Part shown: piece after piece, positions 1-12,265 of the stretch
How the letters are laid out: each line of letters begins with the position of its first letter
How positions within the stretch are numbered: position 1 is the stretch's first letter
NCBI GenBank assembly: GCA_030704615.1
Contig: CM060732.1
Location: forward strand, 4,030,001-4,094,000
Reading direction: 5' to 3'
DNA from: Takakia lepidozioides
Lineage: Eukaryota > Plantae > Bryophyta
Length of the DNA stretch: 64,000 nucleotides
Notes under the pieces: generated by a model
What the model saw: the letters and a program-made list of their open reading frames with translations, nothing else
Databases searched by the model: none
What the model was told of the DNA's origin: nothing
Position numbers and translations under genes: made by a program

Positions 1-9
1 TTCCAGAAC

Positions 10-240
10 GGAAATGCGGCGCCGCATTTCCCTTTTGTATCTCAGGCATGGAGCTGTGGGACGGAAATGCGGCACCGTATTTCTGTTCAACAACTAAGGT
101 ATGTGAAGGTGGAACGGAAATGCGGTGCCGCATTTTCTTCCAACAAGTACGGATGTGTAGCTTCGTGATGGTACTTAACGGAAATGCGGCGCCGCATTTG
201 CATTTTCACTCCAACTCATCAGACGCTGGACGGAAATGCC
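10..240. repeat. End of the palindrome array (GGAAATGCGGYRCCGCATTTCC) upstream of the ParB-MTase gene of A
   Basis: Palindromes start at 10, 63, 116 and 180 (53, 53, 64 bp apart), the same spacing as E 48374-48544. Confidence 0.9.
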
Positions 241-537
241 TTGAAATGTGAAACGTGGAGCAACGGAATTGCGGCACATGTCTGCACTCTATCTGACTGA
301 AGTGGCATGAGGCGGCGCGGCCTGACCGTTGGATAATGATGTTTGTTTTTCGGACGGCAGGCGTACCCTGAACGATTCGAATTTCGTAATGACGCAAAGT
401 CCACGAGGAGACACTTTCGTCCAACCCTTTCGAACCCAAGTGGTGCATCACCGCCGTTTCATCTTCTTTTGTCGTGTCTCCTCAAGCGCCCTTTCCATCT
501 GCACTCTTCGCCCCTTTTCCCTGTCTCTGTTCTTCTT

Positions 538-3500
538 ATGCTCGAACCCGAGAGGGAGGGAGTGCGTGCACCAGAGAAGAGACATCGTCGCAAGCTCCGA
601 AAATTGTACTTCGGACGTAGGCCAATGCCGAAGGGGAGGAAGCAGATGCGTCTACAGGAGGAGATTGCCATCTCGCAGCATCAGGCCACGCAGGCGTGAG
701 AGCTCCGTGCTATCGGGATTCGCCAGCTGATCGAGCACCGAAACCCGCCTCATTTTTCTTCTGCAATTCTTAGACTGTATGCTAGGAGACTTGAATGCAG
801 AAGATGTTTGCATGCCTAACCGGAAAGGTGGACGTGCTGGAGGGATCGCAGGAATCCGAAGAGCCGCAGGCAGAGTCGTGGAGCTAGCTGCAGCACGCAC
901 ACCCAGCCGATCCACGAGCACGGGTCTTCCTGCCGGGCCTAGCCCTGTGCGTTTCAAGGACGCGGCTTCCAAGGGCAAGTCTTTGCAGTTCAAAGCCCCA
1001 GAGAGCGACTCGCCTTTGAAGGTCATGGAGAATCGCCAGCAGGGGTCTAGCCCTTCTCCAGCAAAGACGAAGAAGAAGCAGCCCGTCCTTCAACTTGTTT
1101 CTGAACCGGACCAGGCCGTTTCCCCCCACCAGGCGAATGAAGCAGATTCAATTGCAGCAGACACCTTCACCTGCAAGAATGAGGAAGCACAAGGCAATCA
1201 GGGGGAGGGCGGAGCAGTCTCCCGCAAAACCGATTCCACGAGCTGAAGCCCAGTTCCTGCTTGATTTCCAGCCTGGTGATGTTGGGGGCGTCTCTGCCAG
1301 CGAAGGCAATGGGATCGACCGATTTCGGATGTGGTACCGGAGGAGGGTGCCTCTCAACGTTTGCAGCAAGACCTGACCACCATTGAGGAAGATCTTCATA
1401 ATACTGAAGGCCCGGAGGAGGCCTCTGCAATTGCAAAATTGCCCGCAAAGATTCCCCAGAGTGCAGCTCCAGTTGGGGATGCTCCAGCTGCTCAGCCCCT
1501 ACCGCCACCAGCAGAAATGTCTCCGGAGGAATTCCAAAGTGCAGCGGATACAATGTTGGAGGAGACACATAGTAGCATTGGCAGAGTTCTGGGCAGCAGG
1601 GTATTCCAGCGGACTCTTCGAATCCCACTCTGTCGCATGTCTCCCTTCCCATCGTCAGGCAGGCACTTCCCGGAGATGTGGATAAGCTCAAGTTCGCATT
1701 TCGAGAAGGGTACCGTCTAGGTTCGCCAGCCTTCTACGTTTCCCTTGAGAATGAGGACGGCGAATCTCGTGGACCCACTGCGGATGAATTGTCAACATGG
1801 GATACCCACTGGCACTCGCAACGACGAATTCGAGGCAACACTGAAGGGTGATCCAGACCATATGTCGGGTAAAATGTTCTTTGTGTGGGACGGGAATCAC
1901 CGACTTCTCGCCTGGTGGGAGTACATCAAGCAGAACCATGCCAAGCACATTGGCTGGCATTACATGGTGGAGTGTGTCATCCTCAAGGTGAAGGCGGCAG
2001 ACTCCTCCCTGCTCAAGAATGCCATGGCGGACCTCAACTCGTAAGATACTCATACCCTCCCAAGCACGTTCGAAATGCGGTGCCGCATTTGGTTTCCAAT
2101 CTGTTTTGTTTCCGTGCTTCGTGGACTGAACTGGAGAGTGTGCCTTGCAGGGTCACTGAAAATGCGTACGTGCATACCCACATGGCACATATGCTGTACA
2201 GGGTGAGGAAAACTGGTCTCACTGATCCGCACATGTTTGCGGAAATGCTGGAGCCCGAGCTCATTCAGAAAGCCGTGGCAAAAACTGACCGGACATGGTA
2301 TCGTCTCACTATGGATGGAATGGTGGAGGTGATATACGAAGTAAGTCGTCCTCCCATTTCCCTCTGCTCATCCTTCCCCAATTTCAGTAATCTTTCCACA
2401 TGAATCGAATGTAACGCTTCTGCATGTTTTTGTTGGCAGTCAAACATCAAGCTGGATTTGGCCCATGCCAAACGCTTCTTCATGGAAAGTGAGGGGCAGG
2501 TCAAAACGTTGCAGTCATTGACTGAGCACTTGAAGGAAGCCGGGTCAAGTCCAGAACGAAATACAAGTCAAAGCTTGTGAAGCTGGTGGCCATTGCAGAT
2601 CCGGCACTTGGAAAGGACTTCATCCCCGAGATTGCAAAACACTATTCTCGGGCCATGCAGCCGACCATGCAGTTGGAGAAACTGCATCACCTCTCAACGG
2701 CATGTTGAAGCGAAAGAGAAGGTGATGTTTCAATGCACTGAAGTTCCTTCCTAGCAATAGCCACTCTTCTTCCTGCTCCTGACATTGGATCGGAAATGGC
2801 AGACACGGTGGCTGTCGATCTGGAATGCATCGGAGAGTATAAGGACAATGTGGTCTTTTCCACTCGAAGTTTCCGACCCTGCAGTGGATGTGTGGCTCAA
2901 CCGCATGACTTGGTGGTTCCAGGTAATTCAAGGTACTTCCCCAGATTTGCTTTTCTGAAATGAATTCCCTGAACTGCTACGTGACAATGCATGTGGGAAT
3001 CGCAGGTAATGACGAATGCGAAGGAGCAAGTCGTAATGCATACAAATCGTTCGGCTTGTACGTCAAATGGGATGGAACACAGACATTGGAAGACTACGTG
3101 ACACGTTTCAGATGTGCTACAAGGACAACCTCTTCGCCAGGGAGCTGCAGACAGCAAGAAGGAGCGTGGAGTTTACACATCAGGAGGGAGCGGGAAAAGC
3201 TGCAATGCGAATTGTTTACAGGTGAAGCCCAGCTGTCCTTGTATGCAAAGCCTGGTTATGAGGTTTGTCTGGGAAATGCGGCACCGCATTCGCATTTTAA
3301 GTTTTTCGGTTGCACTCTGCGAGTACGTTGGTCTCAACTTTTGCTCACGCATGCTGACTGCCCTGCAGGTATATGAAATACGTGCTTCTTCAGACAGGGG
3401 CCCTGGCTCAAGAGCCCCCGTTCTTCATGGCTTGGACCGTGGCGGGCCCAAGCTGTGTCTACACACCCGAGATGCAGAAACAATGGCATGCCGCGCATCT

Positions 3501-5700
3501 GGTTGGATGCCCGTACCTGGACATGTCTGGCGGAATTGTTGACGAGTCTGAGAAAGATCTGCACGCGAAAGCAGAAGAGAAGAGAAAGGAAAGACGTGTC
3601 CCTGCTTGGCCAGAGTCGGCAAAGGAAGCTGCTGCTCTGGAACAATCCAGAAAGGCAGCTGAGATGGCACAGAAGACGGTGGATGCAGCTGTGCAGGCTC
3701 AACAGAAGGGGTCCAAGAAGCGGACTCGCCAGCAAGGAGCAGCAGTTGTGACACCCAAGAAAACGAAGAAGCAGAAACAGATAGTGCAGGTAGAGGGTGA
3801 GGAAGAGGACTCCGATGGAGACTTTGCAACCAGCCCACCCCCCGAGACGCAGCCGAAATCCCCTGTGCCCACCGTTGTCACGAGAGGGACGAGAACTGGC
3901 TCGGCAAAGAAGGCACTCTTCAACCCGGGGGGGCACCCTTTCGAGCCGGTGGAAATGAAGAGGCCGAAAGTGGATCCCGATACAGTAGTAGTCCAGTGTG
4001 TGAATGAGAGTTTCTTGGCGGCTTTGGATGGACGGGCAGCCAAGTTGGCATACATGAAGACCATGGAGGGTCTGAAGGGCAGAGCACTGAAGAAGGCGGC
4101 TGCCGAAGAGCCTTCCGACACCCTGGGTTTCTGAAGATGGTCTCGTTCTTTGAGAGGGTGTGTGCAGACAAGGATTGCAGGAGGGGCGGAAATGCCACCG
4201 AGTGGTCTTGCGATATGATCATCTTGGATATTCCGGACGGAGAGCCTGTGGAAGGACTGCAAGCTTTGCCATCTTGGAACAGGTACTCCGAGGACTTTTG
4301 GAAGAAAGGATTCGGGCTCGCCCGCATGGTGTTGGACGACAGAGGCTGTGTGGTTGTCCTGGCGAGCAGAGGCAAAAACACGCAGACAGGAATTGCGAAG
4401 TGGACCCGCAAGAGCGCCGTCCCAATTCTGAAGAAGAAGTGGACGTGCATCAACACATTGGGCCTTCGGTCGGAAGGGAAGAAGGTAATTACGACATTGG
4501 CACTCGTCCTTTCATTTTCTTAGGAGTTTTGAAATGCGGTGCCGCATTCGATTTCTAATCGTTCCCCACTGTGTATGCAGACGAAGCAGTTCGATGCATA
4601 CTGCTTTGTGAAGGAGAACTCCACCTTTGCTTTCCGGAGGGGATTGTTGGTTGACCCGAACTGCGACCCCATCGATTACGACGTCCTGTTCAACAACGTT
4701 CCCACGGAACTTCTCCCTCATAGCCTCACTTCAACTGAACCCCTGCGGTATTCACGGACTCGGAGCCCTGCCTTCATTCAGACAATTATGGAGACATGCA
4801 CTGACGTGGAGGGCACAGTGCTCGACCTCATCTGTGGGACAGGTATGAATCTTGTTGTATGCTGTTCTGCAAATTCTCGTTATGCTTTCATTCGCAACAT
4901 CTGAAGGGCCATGTCATAATGTGTGGATGGCATTGTAACAGGTGCCTCAATGTGGGCTGGGCGGTTTTCCGACCGGCACCTCTTTGCCTACGAGGAGGAC
5001 ACATCCGTCTGGGGATCCCATCTGGAAGGGCTGCAACGGAATGTGAAGGCTCCCATCGAAGCCAAGACTCCTCGGATTCGTCGGAGTCGGAGGAAGAGAC
5101 AGTGGACATTGATGCCGAGGAGAACCCGAATACGAGTGAGTGCAAACATTGTAAGTTTGCAAAGCCTTCTGGGTGATTTTTTGTCAAACGCATTTCCGGA
5201 CTGTGGTTCTCATTGGTCTCGTTGGTGATTGTATGTGCAGGATTCCAGGATCCGGGTCGAAACATGTAGGGCCTACACTTCCTGCCAGGAAGAATGTCCC
5301 GTTCTTTGCGAGGGCCGACTTCATGACGAGCCGGTGAAGGACTACTCCCTTCCTAGTTATGCAGCTAAACTCGCAAATACAGCGATTAGACGATGTGAGA
5401 ATCCCAGTAAAGTAGAGCAGATTTTGGAGAGGGCTAGGGAGGACAGAAGGATAAGGAAAGAGTTGGCAACAGCTGAGACAGGTAGACGGGTGCGAAAGTT
5501 CATATGTGATTCAGCGGATGAGAGCGATGCAGACAGGGAGGACGACAACGGAGGTGAGATGGTCGGTCCGCAAGGTGAAGATGGGATTTTCGAAAGCCTG
5601 GCCAACGAGCAGTCCGCTGGAGATGAAAGGCAATGACGGGGTGGAGGCGGAGCAGGACAGTCAAGGACAGGACGACGATAGTGATGATTTTCAAGATTAA
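538..5700 (+). pseudogene. Multi-exon ParB-like + amino-methyltransferase-like gene, copy A (frameshifts and an in-frame stop)
   Basis: Motifs FVWDGNHRL (~1880-1905), CDMIILDIPDG (~4210-4240) and VLDLICGT|GASMWAG (intron 4843-4941). GT-AG introns match copy E. TGA at 4132-4134 where E has CAG, plus 1-bp indels (real or assembly error). Confidence 0.8.
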
Positions 5701-5836
5701 TAGAATTTTAATGAACTCTCTGTACATTTAAATTCTATTCCAAAGTATATAAAGGAAATTCTCCCCGTCCTTCATGTCCCCTCTCCCATGTGCTTCTCAA
5801 CGACAACATCGTCCAAACCTGGTCCCTCCCAAAATC

Positions 5837-6830
5837 TGAAATGCGGCACCGCATTTCAATGTCTGAACGGAAATGTGGCAACTGCAAAAACCTCTTTGGA
5901 AATGCGGCACCGCATTTCCAAAACCGGGCAAGAACAATTTTCCGTTTCATGGTTTGGACATCAGAAACTGTTCGGACAAACGGAAATGCGGTGCCGCATT
6001 TCCGTTTCCGACACGGCAGTTTTGCCGATTGCCAGCTCCTTCCATGGAGGTAAATGGAAATGCGGAGGTCGAACATGGAAATGCGGTGCCGCATTTACCT
6101 TTTGGAGATGGACATTTTTCCAACTGCCATCGACGGAAATGCGGCTCCCCATTCCATGATGCTAGACGGGAATGCGGCACCGCATTCCATTGTCCAATAA
6201 GAAATTTCGATGACGTACATGGAAATGCGGCGCCGCATTTCCAAAACGGACATCGTTGTTTGTCCAATTCCAGACCCTTTGACGGAAATGCCGCATTCCA
6301 TCGTGGAAAACTTTCGATTGCCAACATGAAATTTCCAAAACAGACATCGTTGTTTGTCCAATTCCAGACCCGTGTGGGCATTCCGTCTTGATGGACGGAA
6401 ATGCGGCACCGCATTCCATTGTCCAATACGAATTTTGATGAACATGGAAATGCGGTGCCGCATTTCCAGAACGGACATCGTTGTTTGTCCAATTCCAGAC
6501 CCTTCGACGGAAATGCGGCACCGCATTCCATTGTGCTCTCCGGAAATTGTGCCGCATTTCATTGTCCGGTACGAAATTTCGATGACGGACATGGAAATGC
6601 GGTGCCGCATTTCAAGTATGGACATGGACAAGCATTAGCGACTGGACATGCTGGACAATTCAAGGTCCAATATGGAAATGCGGCGCCGCATTTCAAATTC
6701 GAAGTATGGTAATGCCATGTCAGGAAATGAAATGTTGTACAGCATTTCCGTTACGACACAACGGAGGAAAGGGAGCTGCCAGAAATCGCTGCATGGAGAA
6801 AAATGAAATGCGGTGCCGAATTTCGAGCTT
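5837..6830. repeat. Second palindrome array of A, downstream of the ParB-MTase gene
   Basis: About 17 full or partial GGAAATGCGGYRCCGCATTTCC copies (e.g. 5837, 5898, 5982, 6077, 6168, 6221, 6397, 6446, 6509, 6593, 6674). Confidence 0.9.
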
Positions 6831-7129
6831 CGGCGTGTACATGTTTCCTTTTACTCATACATGGATTTTCTTCACCTCAGGACTCTGATATCGCTGACTC
6901 TGGTATATTCATATGGACAGACACATTGTAGAAATGAGACCTCAAATTGTAAACAGTGGGCCAATTACGGCAGTTCTTGAACACGATGAAACACAAGCAC
7001 ACAGAAGTGAGGTACGATGGGTTGTTTTATTGATCGAACACGGTGTCTCACATTTAGCAACTCCAGACAAATCTAAGCCCTTCCTCCTTCTACATGGGCG
7101 TCACCAAGTCGACGGAACTTCGATAGCCC

Positions 7130-7705
7130 TCAAAACAAGCTCATACTGATGCGGCACCTCGAGGTAAACTGCAATGCGGTCGATCTGGTGCCCTTGGTGG
7201 AGCTGACGACAATGTCATGCCCATCAATCATACCACCATCATACATTGACAAGGTCACTGTGGGCCTCCTGTGCCCGTGCGATTCGTCTTCGCAACTCAG
7301 CCGAATGTCTCCATACACTGGAAAAGCGGAGTGAACTCCACGAATATAGTTTTCCCCGGTGCCGTCCTCCCTGGTCCACTGGCAGCAGTTCCAGCGCCAA
7401 AGTGAGGCCGTGCGTGATCTGTCCGGCATCCCATTCCACCTTGGTATATCGAGGTCAACAATTTTCAGGACCCACGGACCGCATTGACCCTCGCCCTCAC
7501 CTCGCTCAAAGCGTAATAGCCCTCCAATACTCCATTGCGCGCAAAGACTCCCGCTTGATTCCAGAAGCGTCTGTGAAAACAGAGAGCAGACAATGATGTC
7601 TCCTGATTCTGGTTTGAACATAGCATAATCGTGGCCATGATAAGGGCAGTCAGCAGGATTTCGGCGGCACGACATCCTTGAAAAAGAGTAGCGGAGTACG
7701 CTCAA
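7130..7705 (-). CDS. Unknown-function cargo ORF, diverged paralog of 8080-8796
   Basis: Shares LRYSFSRM/LRSSFARM, DCPY, DYAM, SGDI, LRWNCCQWT, YGDIR and DGGMI.GHDIVV with the 8080-8796 ORF. No recognisable domain. Confidence 0.6.
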   Translation of the reverse strand: MSVLRYSFSRMSCRRNPADCPYHGHDYAMFKPESGDIIVCSLFSQTLLESSGSLCAQWSIGGLLRFERGEGEGQCGPWVLKIVDLDIPRWNGMPDRSRTASLWRWNCCQWTREDGTGENYIRGVHSAFPVYGDIRLSCEDESHGHRRPTVTLSMYDGGMIDGHDIVVSSTKGTRSTALQFTSRCRISMSLF

Positions 7706-8079
7706 TGACAGCAGCTCCCGGATGGAGGAGGCAGCAGCGCGGTGGCTGGAAGAAATTCAAGCAAACGCTGCAATTCCTCACAAACACTCCAGGGCACATT
7801 TAAATTTCCCCCGACAGGAACCTGCACGGATGAAGATTGGCTGCTCATGAATGTAGCCGTTTCAGTTTCCTTCCCTGCCATGCAAACTATGGGCAGTAAG
7901 TGCCAGGTGGGCCTATAGCCACTCGAGACGACGAAGTCCATCCCCCCTTCGATGTAAATGCGGCGCCGAATTTCCATCCGGGGGATGGACTTCGGTGGCA
8001 GATTTCAAACTATACCCCGTGGATGAGAAAGAGGTATCGGTTCATCCACCGCTGGCGTGATGAACACGTTACACGATGA

Positions 8080-8796
8080 TTGGTGGGTATGTGTGACCCA
8101 GATGCTCCATTATTGGAGCCCGCACTGCTCTTCCGCTTCTCATCATTTCGAAAATCTAAGGGCTTCGTTGCTGTCCGCAAGGTCATTGTCATCGGCATCA
8201 AAGACGTCCTCAGGTCCTCCTTTGCAAGGATGCCGTGCTTCCGGAACCGGGACGACTGCCCTTATGGAGGAGGCTTCGATTATGCAATGTATTCGGCCAC
8301 ATCGGGAGACATCGTTATCTGGTACACAGATTACACAGAAGATACTGGTTCGAATGTGGAAACATTGTCCGCTTTTGAGTATATCCCAGGCCAGTACGCC
8401 TTCGAGCGGGGTGACGATCTTGGTCTGAGGAGTCCGTGGCTCCTGCGCATCCTTGATTCCGATTTTCCCAGCTACGACGGGCACCCATGCAGAAGAATGC
8501 GCACTGCTATGCTGTTGCGGTGGAACTGCTGCCAGTGGACGTGGGTGGACTCCATCGGAGAGACTTATACTCCTGAAGGAGTGCGCTCCTCTTCTCCATT
8601 GTATGGGGACATTCGCATTGGTGTGGAGGACGAAAACGTGAAGCTTTCCATATTCGATGGTGGTATGATTGAAGGGCACGACATTGTGGTGAACATCAAC
8701 AGGGGCGGTACAACGGCTGCAATCCAGTTTACCTGGAGGAGCCCGATGACTCATGAGCTAGTTCTCAGAGCAGTCGAAGTCCCATTGACAACGTGA
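8080..8796 (+). CDS. Unknown-function cargo ORF (ORF3 of the family)
   Basis: 238-aa ORF nearly identical to E 40720-41394 and paralogous to 7130-7705. Confidence 0.65.
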   Translation: MVGMCDPDAPLLEPALLFRFSSFRKSKGFVAVRKVIVIGIKDVLRSSFARMPCFRNRDDCPYGGGFDYAMYSATSGDIVIWYTDYTEDTGSNVETLSAFEYIPGQYAFERGDDLGLRSPWLLRILDSDFPSYDGHPCRRMRTAMLLRWNCCQWTWVDSIGETYTPEGVRSSSPLYGDIRIGVEDENVKLSIFDGGMIEGHDIVVNINRGGTTAAIQFTWRSPMTHELVLRAVEVPLTT

Positions 8797-9169
8797 CTTG
8801 TATTCAGAAGGCACAGGGCTAAAGATTTGTTTGCACAATCAGCACAGTAGACGTGCTTCAAATGCAATTCATGTGGATCAATAAAAACCCCATTGTGCCC
8901 TCTTTTTGTTCTATTTTGTATCCATCGTTCCCAGAATGCATCATTCCTCATTTCGTTTGGGATTGGGAGTGTGGGTGGATTTTGCAAGTGGCTGGTAGGC
9001 TGAAATGGGCCCCATGTACAGAGCAGTACCACCCTACCATTCGCAAAACATTGCCTTTCAATATGTAATTCTAAAAAACATTGCCGAACCTCCTTCATCG
9101 GGAGGTCCTTCTCCCCCTATGACCGTGACACCCTAAACCCTGTTCCCGCGGACACTCATTTCCGGAAAA

Positions 9170-9241
9170 TAGTCATGCTCATGTTTTTTTCGACACTTAC
9201 GACTCTGCTCATGGCTCATGGCTCATGAAATAGCAGCCCCC
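9170..9241. repeat. Terminal repeat of A with tandem GCTCATG heptamers
   Basis: gctcatg repeats followed by aaatagcagccccc; same terminus type at 16289, 30918 and 40257. Confidence 0.85.
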
Positions 9242-9785
9242 TTTGAGAGCTTTCATTGTCTTCCACTTCTCTCATTTCTCATCTCTTATCTATTGTGGCA
9301 TAGCTTTCTAGGACTGTATGCTTAGAATGTGTGGTGGACAGCGATGTATGTTGTGGCACCCACAACAGCCAGTCCGTTGAGGTGAACCCTGTAGGGGCCT
9401 CGGATTCGACCAAAACCAAGAAAATGACGTCCAGGACAAGCAGAGACCAGACTGTAGGGACGGCCGTACAACAGACTCAGGGACTTGGGGAGGGTCCTCT
9501 TGCCAAGAATCCTGCGAAAAAAGGCAAGTCCGCTTTCACCAAAGACCGCAAATTGGCATTCAAGACCGACAAGGAAGTGATACTTTGGCGACAGACGCAC
9601 AGGTCAGTTCTATATGCATCTCTGTCAGTCTGCTGGTTCTGTCAGTCTGCTGGCTTGCAGTCTCATTTACAATGTGGATAGTCTGTTGGGTGACTACGTG
9701 AGTCTGGTCAGTCCGCTCATGTACTGTGCACATTATTGTTGTCAGTACTTGGGTTTTCATTAAGGCCCCATAAGGTACTTGTAGG

Positions 9786-11058
9786 ATGGACGAGCGGTTT
9801 GCAAAGGTGCACGATTGGCATGTCGAGTGCGGTTTTCCCATGCTGATGTTTGATCATGGCGACCCGCGGTTTGAATGCTCACTGGCGCAGGAGGACCTCA
9901 AGGCACTTGTGAAGGTAGAGTCCGAGTGCACGGACAGGTTGCTAGAGGTATGGTGTCGTTTCTATGAGAAGACAGTTGAGCCCAAGTATAGCTCCACCGT
10001 TGCTCTTCTGCCGACGTCGACGTGTGCGGTTATGAAGACATACTGGGACGGCCCACGCGAAAGACTAGTGGAGAATCTGCATCCTGCCTGGAGCGTCGAG
10101 CGGCTCAGCAAAGACATAAAAGACTGTGATGATATATTGGTGCCAATTGTTGACGGGTAAGATCCCCCATACACTGTGTTCCGTAGTCTGAGTGGACTGA
10201 ATATACTCGGGTGTTCTTCGTGAGTGGACTGGCCAGTACTCTGAGTCTGCTGGGTGCACTTTAGCGGGCGAATCTGGTGGGTGCAGTCTCTTGACTGTCT
10301 TTCAGTCCGTCAGGTGAGTCTGCTGGGTTCGTCCGAGGGTGCAGTGTGGGAGTGTGGCAGTACTCTTAGTCCGCCGCGTTGAGTCTGTTGGGTGCAGTCT
10401 ATTGAGTGTCTTTGAGTCTGTCGGGTGAGTCTGCTGGGTGCACCCTATTGAGGGTCTTTGAGTCTATCAGGTGAGTCTGTTGGGTGCACTCTCTTGAGGG
10501 TCTTTGAGTCTGTCGGGTGAGTTTGCTGGGTTTGTCTGTCAGTGCAGTGTGGTCAGTTTGGTGAGTGTTGTTACCATGCACGTTCCATGACGTCCTATTG
10601 CATGATTTCATCGCAGGGGGCACTGGAGCGTTATTGCCATCCAATTACGGAAGGGCGCCTACACTCATATGAACTCAATCAGCCATTTGCATACATGAGT
10701 AGAGCTTCTGGGATGGATTTGGAGGCTGCATGCAGAGTGTTTAGGCGTCCAACAGTCGACACCGCAGTGGGATGAGGTTATGACATTTCAGTTCAACCAG
10801 CCCGAAGTGCCGCAGCAACCATTTAGCTGGGAATGTGGGTTTTACGTTATGTCATTTATCCAAGGGTATTATGAATGGTTTAAAGCTTTGCATAGTCGTA
10901 AATCCACAGAGAGGAAGCTAGAGAGAGGAGCACCTTTCACCTCACGGTGGTTTACTTTCAAGTTTGCACTTGGGCAACAGCTGCAGTGTATAAAGTATAT
11001 CCTAAAGGGTTTGCATACTGCAGAGTTGGCAATACGTGCTCGCAGTTCGTCACCATAG
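9786..11058 (+). pseudogene. Ulp1/SENP (peptidase C48)-like protease
   Basis: DILVPIVDG | intron ~10158-10616 | GHWSVIAIQL...HMNSI ... QQPFSWECGFYVMSFI, giving His/Asn/Cys plus the oxyanion Gln. In-frame TGA codons occur at ~10695 and ~10773. Confidence 0.75.
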
Positions 11059-12265
11059 CACGTATTTATCACTTGTGAACTCTTTTTACGGAATAAACGA
11101 TGATTGTGTATGTGTGATGAATGAGAAAGTGTATTAATTATGGTATGTTGGACCACATAAGTATGTTGCACATCAAACAGACCATTATAGTGCTCGATTA
11201 TGCAAAATTGGTTCCATTGTCCTGTCAGCAGACTGCCAAGGTACATGAGAGTGCACTGGTGAGCAAACTGCCGAGAGTCATACGAGAGTACATGAAGATG
11301 GCTTGGGCAGCAGACTGCCATGTTTGGCCAAGTCTGTTGATGCAGGATTCTGTTGCTGGACTCTTGACGGCAGAGTACTTCATGAGTATGCCATTGGCCA
11401 GCAGACTACTCACCATGGAGTCTGCTCAGTCCCTCAGTCTGCTCAGCTGTGAGTCTGCTCAGTCCCTTTGTCTGGCCAGGGCTGAGTGAGTCTGTTGAGT
11501 GTGAGTGGACATGAGGCTGGGGATGCGGCCTTTCGTGCGAGGTTGCTTAGTGGACTGGCCAGGCTGGCCACTCTACTCAGTCTGGCCAGTCTACTCAGAG
11601 TGGACTGGCCAGTCTACCCAGTCTGCTCAATTTGCTGAGTCCACTCAATGTATTCAGTTTGCTCAGCCAGAGTGGACAGGGGACTGGTGAAAAGACATCC
11701 GCAACTTATACGTTTGTTGAGTTTTGATGAGTTTGCTGCGCACTAGTGTCGGTGGTTCTCGAGACTCTGACTGCATGTATGAATAAAGACTACATGTGAA
11801 TGGATCCACCTGCAAAGTCAGTCTGGTGATGGACACGTCAGATTGGTTAGAATACTAGGAGCAGTCTGTCAGGAAAGGCTTGTCCGACTGTCAGCAGACT
11901 GCTGGGAAGACTGCCCAGCAGACTGGTTTGATTACGAGAATGTGTCTGCATGTAAGACATCCAACAGACTGGTTAGAAGATAGTCCGCTTGACAGACTGT
12001 TCAGCAGACGAGTTGGAAGTCTGATTGGCAGACTGGTTTGAAGAGTGTCTCCGTGGCCAGAGGACTGGTGACAGCTGCCAGACTAAAACCAGCAGACTTA
12101 GTCCTAAATCCAACAGACTTACACCAGCCGATGGGCCTCAACAATGCACACACTTCGTGCCCTCGGCGGACTGGACTGTATATTGAGCAAAGACTTGTGC
12201 ACATGCAATCAGACTGACTCTCTTTTATTTCATCGGGAGAATGGTACTGCAGCATTTCTTGGAGT

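Larger units (their letters stand above)
1..9241 (-). mobile_element. MULE copy A (ParB-MTase family); left part, including the transposase, lies outside the window
   Basis: Ends in gctcatggctcatggctcatgaaatagcagccccc (9241), the reverse complement of the left end of element E. Colinear in inverted orientation with E 40257-48565. Strand is the inferred transposase strand. Confidence 0.9.

Noticed and set aside
5735-6888. Many overlapping ORFs with MRHRIS / KCGTAF / GNAAPHF motifs (also 23064-24413, 30823-33358, 41753-42543, 48265-50122)
   Set aside because: Translations of the stop-free palindrome in all six frames; not proteins.
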